Shown: positions 5,029-10,523 of the stretch, one piece after another | Layout of the letters: every line of letters starts with the position of its first letter | Numbering within the stretch: the first letter of the stretch is position 1 | NCBI GenBank assembly: GCA_041577295.1 | Contig: JBFGJG010000081.1 | Location: 1-10,523 of the forward strand | Length of the DNA stretch: 10,523 nt | Direction: 5' to 3' | Origin: Gemmatimonadales bacterium | GTDB lineage: Bacteria > Gemmatimonadota > Gemmatimonadetes > Gemmatimonadales > GWC2-71-9 | The notes under the pieces: generated by a model | The model's database searches: none | Told to the model about the DNA's origin: nothing | Seen by the model: the letters and a program-made list of their open reading frames with translations, nothing else | Program-made: the position numbers and the translations under genes

Positions 5029-7668
5029 GTGACAGACGAAGTCGATCGACTCAACGCGGCCCTGGCTGGCCGGTATCGGATCGAGCGCCGACTAGGGCGG
5101 GGTGGCACCGCGACGGTCTACCTCGCCGAAGACCTCAGGCACAAGCGCAAGGTCGCTGTAAAGGTGCTCTACCCGCAGCTCGCCGCAACGCTGGGGCCCG
5201 AACGATTCCTGCGGGAAGTGCAGATCGCCGCGAGCCTCACCCACCCGCATATCCTCGGACTCCACGATTCGGGCGAGGCAGACGGTTTTCTGTTCTACGT
5301 CATGCCATTCATCGAGGGGGAGTCGCTGCGGGCGCGGCTCGTGCGTGACCGAGTACTCCCCATAGCCGATGCCGTCGAGATCCTGCGTGACGTGGTCGAC
5401 GCACTGGCCTACGCGCACCGCCGTGGGTTGGTGCATCGCGACATCAAGCCGGACAACGTGCTCCTCGCCGAGGGGCACGGCATGGTCACCGACTTTGGCG
5501 TGGCAAAGGCCGTGAGCGAAGCGGCTGGGATGCACGCACTCACCACCGCTGGCCTTGCCTTGGGAACGCCGTCGTACATGGCGCCCGAGCAAGCAGCGGC
5601 CGAGCCTGACATCGACCATCGGGCAGACGTCTATGCCGTGGGTGCTATGGCCTACGAGCTACTTACAGGTGATCCGCCCTTTACCGGGGATAAGGTGCAA
5701 AGCGTGCTTGCCGCACATATCAGCCGGGCACCGGTGCCCGTTGCCGGTCGCCGTGAGGAAGTACCACCACGGTTAGCGCGCTTCGTGATGCAGTGCCTCG
5801 AGAAAGAACCCGCCGCCCGTTGGCAGACGGCGGACGAGATGTTGGCCGAGCTCGAGAGCATCCGCGCGGCGACGGTGTCTGGCGTGGCGATCGCAGCAAA
5901 GCCCAAAAGCTCACCAGTCAGGCTCGCGGTGATCACCGGTGTGGTCGTCGCCATCGCCGTCGTCGGTTTCCTCGGCTGGGCGTCGTTGCGCGCGGGACCG
6001 CCGGCCATGACCGTCTCGAACATACGACAGCTCACGCGCGCCCCCGAGGTGGAGATCGAGCCCGCCATCTCGCCAGACGGTCGTGAGGTGGCGTACATCG
6101 CTGGATTCGGTGTGGCGATGGATGTGTTTGTCCGCGACCTCGCCGGGGGGAGGCCACTCGCCCTCACTGCGGATCGTCCCGGCGGGCAGTTTGCCCCACG
6201 GTGGACAGCGGATGGACGAAGTATTGTCTTCGCAGAGCAGCACCCCGACGGACGGGAACTTTCGCATCTGATTCCCCGTCTTGGTGGGCCAGCGAGTCCA
6301 ATCGCCAACGCCCCGGTCGCGATTCACGGCGACCGGATGGCCTATGTGATTGGGAGCCGCATTGTCACCCGGCCGCTCGAGGGCGGCCCGGAGACCGTCG
6401 TCGTCACACACGACCCGACACCCCATTCCGTCTCGTGGTCGCCGGACGGCAAGCGCTTGGCCTACGTCGTCGGGAATTGGCAATTCAGGAGGCTGGAAAC
6501 GCTGGGCAATGTAGGCCCCAGCGCGATCTGGACGGCTGCTGCTGCTGGCGGCGATTCCGTACAAGTGACGGAAAGCCAATCGCTCAACGTCAGCCCGGTG
6601 TGGCTGCCTGACAGCCGACACTTGCTGTTTGTCTCGAACCGCGACGGCCCTCGCGATCTCTACGTCGTGCGGCTGAATTCGGACGGACGGGCCCGAGGCA
6701 AGGCGGTCCGGGTCACCACAGGCCTCAATCCACACTCCGTCTCTGTCAGCAGTGATGGGTCGTTTGCGGCGTTCTCACAGTTCACCTATCGCCGGAACAT
6801 CTGGGCGTTGGATCTTCCCCGTGCCGGAACAGTGTCGATTCGTCAGGCACGACCGGTCACGCAGGGAAATCAGACTGCTGAGAACCACGGCGTGTCGAGA
6901 GACGGCCAGTGGCTTGCCTTCGATTCCAACATCGAGGGCAACCAGGACATTTTCATCGTGCCGTCGTCAGGTGGCGAGCCGCGGAGGTTGACCACGGATC
7001 CAGCGGACGACTTTCACCCTGACTTCTCACAAGCAACAAGCGAGATCGTCTTCTATTCAACGCGGCATGGAACGCGAGACGTGTTCGTCATGGCTGCCGA
7101 TGGCAGTAATGAGCGGAGAATCACAGACAGCTCCTCGGAGGAGTACCACCCCTCGTTCTCACCGGATGCGCTCAAGATCGCATACACGGTGGCGACCGGA
7201 GGCACCGCGGTACTCCTATCACAAATCTGGATTGTCGAGCGACCGTCGCTCGAGGCGCCGTGGGGCGAACCGCGGATGCTTACCGAGCCGGGATTCTACT
7301 CCCGCTGGTCCCCAGCAAGCGATCGCATCGTCTACGCAACCTCTTCGGCGTTGGCGGTCGCGACCCTGGACGGAACAACCAGCCAGTTGCTCGAGTGGGA
7401 AGCGCTGGGCCTCGCGCCGTTCGACGTCGCTGGGTGGGCCGAGTGGGGAGCGGACGGACGGTGGATCTGGTTTTTGGCCCGGGATGGCGCGGGCCAGAAT
7501 ACCCTCTGGCGCGTCTCAGCCGGAGGCGGATTTCCCCAAAAAGTGGTGTTGTTTGACGATCCCACCAAGCCTCCGGCGTTCGGATTCAGCTTGCACGGCA
7601 ATACGGCGTACTTCTCGCTCACCGAACACGACAGCGATGTGTATCTGATGGATCTCGAGATTCGTTGA
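5029..7668 (+). CDS. Hanks-type Ser/Thr protein kinase with one TM helix and TolB-like PD40 beta-propeller repeats
   Basis: Likely start GTG 5029 (MTDEVDRLNAALAGRYRIERRLGRGG); the ORF-track extension to 4897 overlaps the NTase and translates repeat DNA. Motifs VAVK, HRDIKPDN, DFG, GTPSYMAPE. TM LAVITGVVVAIAVVGFLGW. About 10 or more PD40-like units (PAISPDG, PRWTADG, SWSPDG, PVWLPDS, GVSRDG, PSFSPD...). Confidence 0.93.
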   Translation: MTDEVDRLNAALAGRYRIERRLGRGGTATVYLAEDLRHKRKVAVKVLYPQLAATLGPERFLREVQIAASLTHPHILGLHDSGEADGFLFYVMPFIEGESLRARLVRDRVLPIADAVEILRDVVDALAYAHRRGLVHRDIKPDNVLLAEGHGMVTDFGVAKAVSEAAGMHALTTAGLALGTPSYMAPEQAAAEPDIDHRADVYAVGAMAYELLTGDPPFTGDKVQSVLAAHISRAPVPVAGRREEVPPRLARFVMQCLEKEPAARWQTADEMLAELESIRAATVSGVAIAAKPKSSPVRLAVITGVVVAIAVVGFLGWASLRAGPPAMTVSNIRQLTRAPEVEIEPAISPDGREVAYIAGFGVAMDVFVRDLAGGRPLALTADRPGGQFAPRWTADGRSIVFAEQHPDGRELSHLIPRLGGPASPIANAPVAIHGDRMAYVIGSRIVTRPLEGGPETVVVTHDPTPHSVSWSPDGKRLAYVVGNWQFRRLETLGNVGPSAIWTAAAAGGDSVQVTESQSLNVSPVWLPDSRHLLFVSNRDGPRDLYVVRLNSDGRARGKAVRVTTGLNPHSVSVSSDGSFAAFSQFTYRRNIWALDLPRAGTVSIRQARPVTQGNQTAENHGVSRDGQWLAFDSNIEGNQDIFIVPSSGGEPRRLTTDPADDFHPDFSQATSEIVFYSTRHGTRDVFVMAADGSNERRITDSSSEEYHPSFSPDALKIAYTVATGGTAVLLSQIWIVERPSLEAPWGEPRMLTEPGFYSRWSPASDRIVYATSSALAVATLDGTTSQLLEWEALGLAPFDVAGWAEWGADGRWIWFLARDGAGQNTLWRVSAGGGFPQKVVLFDDPTKPPAFGFSLHGNTAYFSLTEHDSDVYLMDLEIR

Positions 7669-7799
7669 CCAGGAATCGTATCAGCGGGATCGGCGGGATG
7701 GGTACGCCCGCCCGCCTGACCACCGACCGCCTTACTCCACACCCGCCACTGCCTTATTCTTTGTAGGCTGTTCCCTGACCATCAGTAAGGATCTCTACT

Positions 7800-10523
7800 G
7801 TGGCTGACCTGGCAAAGCGTTTACAGCAGGCCGTAGGCGAGGCGTACCGCATCGAGCGCGAGCTCGGCGGTGGCGGGATGAGCCGTGTCTTCCTCGCGGA
7901 TGAGGTGCGGCTTGGACGCCAGGTCGTGATCAAGGTGCTCCCGCCTGAGATGGCCGCCGGCGTCAACATCGAGCGGTTCGAGCGGGAGATCCAGCTCGCC
8001 GCCAAATTGCAACATCCGCATGTGGTCCCGCTGCTCACCGCCGGTGCCGAGGGTGATCTTCTCTACTATGTAATGCCGTTCATCGATGGCGAGTCCCTGC
8101 GCGCGAAGCTGGCGCGAGAGGGCGAGCTCCCCGTTGGTGAAGCGGTCCGCATCCTCCGAGAAGTGCTGGATGCGTTGGATTACGCGCACGACCACGGCGT
8201 CGTGCACCGCGACATCAAGCCAGACAACGTGTTGCTCTCGCGGAAGCACGCGGTCGTCACGGATTTCGGCGTGGCCAAGGCAGTGAGCGCGTCGACCGGT
8301 GAATCGTCGCTGACATCCCTTGGCGTCGCGCTCGGCACCCCTACGTATATGTCACCTGAGCAGGCGGCCGCCGATCCGCACGTCGATCACCGCGCGGACA
8401 TCTACGCGGCCGGCGTGCTGGCGTACGAGATGCTCACGGGACGACCGCCATTCTCGGGCACGAGCCCACAAGTTGTCCTGTCCGCGCACGTCACGCAGGC
8501 ACCCGATCCGGTCACCAACCACCGGGCCACCGTGCCACCAGCCCTTGCGTCGGTGGTGATGCGGTGTCTCGAGAAAAAGGCGGCCGATCGCTGGCAGCGT
8601 GCCGAGGATATCATCCCGCAGCTCGATGCGCTGCTCACCCCAAGTGGAGGGATCACCCCTACCGGAACGCAGCCCGTCGCCTCCGTGGCCAGCCTCGACG
8701 CCGCCCGGAAGGCGCATCCGGTGCGCGTCGCCGCGTTGTTTGGCCTGGCATCGATTGGGGTCCTGGCGATCGTGTACCTGGTGATGCAGCAGCTCGGTCT
8801 ACCAAGCTGGGTGCTGCCCGGAGCCGCTGTCCTTCTGGGTATCGGCCTACCCATCATGGTCCTCACCGGCCATCACGAGCGCCGCCGCGCGCTCGCCACC
8901 GCCACAGGTGTTGGGGAGCACACGCCAAGTGGGGTCCGACGTCACTTCACTTGGCGCAAGGCGTTGCTCGGTGGTGGGCTCGCATTCGCCGGACTCGGGG
9001 TGCTCACGGCCGCCTACATGGCCATGCGTCTCATGGGCATTGGACCGGTGGGCACTCTTGTCGCGACGGGTGTGCTCGAGGACCGTGGCTTCCTGATCGT
9101 CGCGGAGTTCGATGATCGCACCACCAATGGAGACTTCGCCACGTCGGTCACGGAGGCCCTGCGCATCGACCTCTCGCAGTCAACCGTCGTCCGTCTGATG
9201 GATGCCGCGGCGATCCGTGACGCACTCGAGCGGATGGGTCGCGCCCCAGAGACCCGGCTTTCCATCGACCTCGCTCGGGAAGTCGCCGAGCGCGAGGGCG
9301 TCAAGGCGATCGTGGCTGGAGACATTGGCACGCTGGGAACCAGTTTTGTCGTCTCCGCCCGTCTGGTATCGGCGGCCGACGGATCGGATCTGGTCGCATT
9401 TCGTGAAACGGCCGCTGACGAATCGCAGCTGGTCGATGCGGTTGACCGACTCTCCGGCAAGCTCCGCGAGCGCATTGGTGAGTCCCTCAAGAGCATCCGC
9501 AACAACCCATCGCTCGAGCGGGTTAGCACAGCGTCCCTTCCTGCGCTCCGCAAGTACTCGCAGGGAGTGCGTGCGTTTGACGCCGGTGATTATGACCGTG
9601 CCATCGAACTGCTCAACGAGAGCATTGTGCTCGACACCACGTTCGCCATGGCTTATCGAAAGCTCGCCGCGGCGTTGAACAACACATTCGCGGATGAGTC
9701 TCGCCAACAGGCGGCAGCCACCATGGCGTATCGGTATCGTGATCGCTTACCGGATCTCGAGCGGTACATAGCGACGGCCTACTATCACACGGATGTCGAT
9801 TACGATCCGGAGGAGGTGCGCCGAAACTACCTCAACGCGCTCGATCTCGACCCGGAAAACCTCACCGCCCTCAACAATCTCGCGCTGATACTGAACGTGC
9901 TCGAGCAGCGTGAGGAGGCTGAACGTTACGCCCTCGAAGCCCTGGATGTCTTGCCGACAGGACCGCCGCTCAATAACGCCCTGAGTGCCCAGGTCGCGCT
10001 CGGCGCGTTTGACCGTGCTGAGGCCACGCTAGCCCGAGCGGCTGCCGCCGCCCCGGATCATCCGTCGTTGGCTTTTCTCAGCGGCAGCGTCGCAGCCGCG
10101 CGGCGCGACTACGAAGCGGCTGAGCGGTTCTTCCGTGACTTGAGCGAGCGGCCGGGTGTCGGTCAGAACTGGAAGACCGCGATGAGCTACGCCATCTCGG
10201 CAATCGCCGAGGTACGGGGGCAGGTCAATCGAGCGTTGCGACTGCGGGGGCAAGAGCTCGAAATCTACGAGCGCCAAGACCGCTCTGGAGCGGCCCTCAC
10301 CGAGCACATCGCGTGGGCGCAATTCGAGCTGTATCACCGCAATCGCCCGGATGTCGCACTCACCATGATCGAGAACGCGCTGGCCCGCTATCCGCTCAGC
10401 GCCATGGAGCCGCTCGATCGCCCATACCTGTTCTTGGGACAGACCTGGGCACGGTTGGGTCGCCCCGAACGAGCACACCAGCTCCTCGAGGAATACGAGC
10501 GCGAGATAAGCCCCGGTGTGCGC
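7800..10523 (+). CDS. 3'-truncated Hanks-type Ser/Thr protein kinase with ~3 TM helices, TolB-N/FlgO-like domain and TPR repeats
   Basis: Translated by hand: AAGGA SD at 7787-91, GTG 7800, MADLAKRLQQAVGEAYRIERELGGGGMSRVFLA...VVIKVL...HRDIKPDNVLL...TDFGVAK...GTPTYMSPEQ. Hydrophobic segments at ~8720-9030, then LIVAEF...VTEALRIDLSQS...VSARLVS, then TPR-like AIELLNESIVLDTTFAMAYRKLA and ALDLDPENLTALNNLA. Open for 908 codons to the window end with no stop, hence absent from the ORF track. Confidence 0.92.
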   Translation, partial: MADLAKRLQQAVGEAYRIERELGGGGMSRVFLADEVRLGRQVVIKVLPPEMAAGVNIERFEREIQLAAKLQHPHVVPLLTAGAEGDLLYYVMPFIDGESLRAKLAREGELPVGEAVRILREVLDALDYAHDHGVVHRDIKPDNVLLSRKHAVVTDFGVAKAVSASTGESSLTSLGVALGTPTYMSPEQAAADPHVDHRADIYAAGVLAYEMLTGRPPFSGTSPQVVLSAHVTQAPDPVTNHRATVPPALASVVMRCLEKKAADRWQRAEDIIPQLDALLTPSGGITPTGTQPVASVASLDAARKAHPVRVAALFGLASIGVLAIVYLVMQQLGLPSWVLPGAAVLLGIGLPIMVLTGHHERRRALATATGVGEHTPSGVRRHFTWRKALLGGGLAFAGLGVLTAAYMAMRLMGIGPVGTLVATGVLEDRGFLIVAEFDDRTTNGDFATSVTEALRIDLSQSTVVRLMDAAAIRDALERMGRAPETRLSIDLAREVAEREGVKAIVAGDIGTLGTSFVVSARLVSAADGSDLVAFRETAADESQLVDAVDRLSGKLRERIGESLKSIRNNPSLERVSTASLPALRKYSQGVRAFDAGDYDRAIELLNESIVLDTTFAMAYRKLAAALNNTFADESRQQAAATMAYRYRDRLPDLERYIATAYYHTDVDYDPEEVRRNYLNALDLDPENLTALNNLALILNVLEQREEAERYALEALDVLPTGPPLNNALSAQVALGAFDRAEATLARAAAAAPDHPSLAFLSGSVAAARRDYEAAERFFRDLSERPGVGQNWKTAMSYAISAIAEVRGQVNRALRLRGQELEIYERQDRSGAALTEHIAWAQFELYHRNRPDVALTMIENALARYPLSAMEPLDRPYLFLGQTWARLGRPERAHQLLEEYEREISPGVR

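Noticed and set aside
5092..10478. Numerous antisense and alternate-frame ORFs over the kinases, and similar ones over the other genes
   Set aside because: Shadow ORFs expected in GC-rich coding DNA; no recognisable motifs, and they overlap well-supported genes.
1..10523. CRISPR arrays, tRNA/rRNA genes, transposases, integrases
   Set aside because: No regularly spaced repeats, cloverleaf motifs or mobile-element proteins were seen by eye.

Overview
GC-rich bacterial window; the two Hanks-type kinase architectures suggest Gemmatimonadota or a similar lineage (inference). In order: 3' end of a probable outer-membrane beta-barrel gene (+), a tandem-cupredoxin lipoprotein (-), a Pal/OmpA-like lipoprotein (+), a compact four-gene RiPP-like cassette (+), and two large membrane Ser/Thr kinases (+). 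The first kinase carries TolB-like PD40 repeats; the second carries TPRs, runs off the window end and is absent from the ORF track. The cassette (2446-4957) is the main point of interest. It encodes a 62-aa peptide whose leader looks like both a twin-arginine (Tat) signal peptide and a WxxP RRE-binding leader, with a 16-aa core QYAGGGGGGGNDAPPL. It is followed by translationally coupled PqqD/RRE, HprK-related kinase and NTP_transf_5-like nucleotidyltransferase genes. No lasso cyclase, leader peptidase or ABC exporter lies next to it in this window. I propose a non-lasso, Tat-exported, phosphorylated/nucleotidylated peptide system; this is an untested hypothesis.
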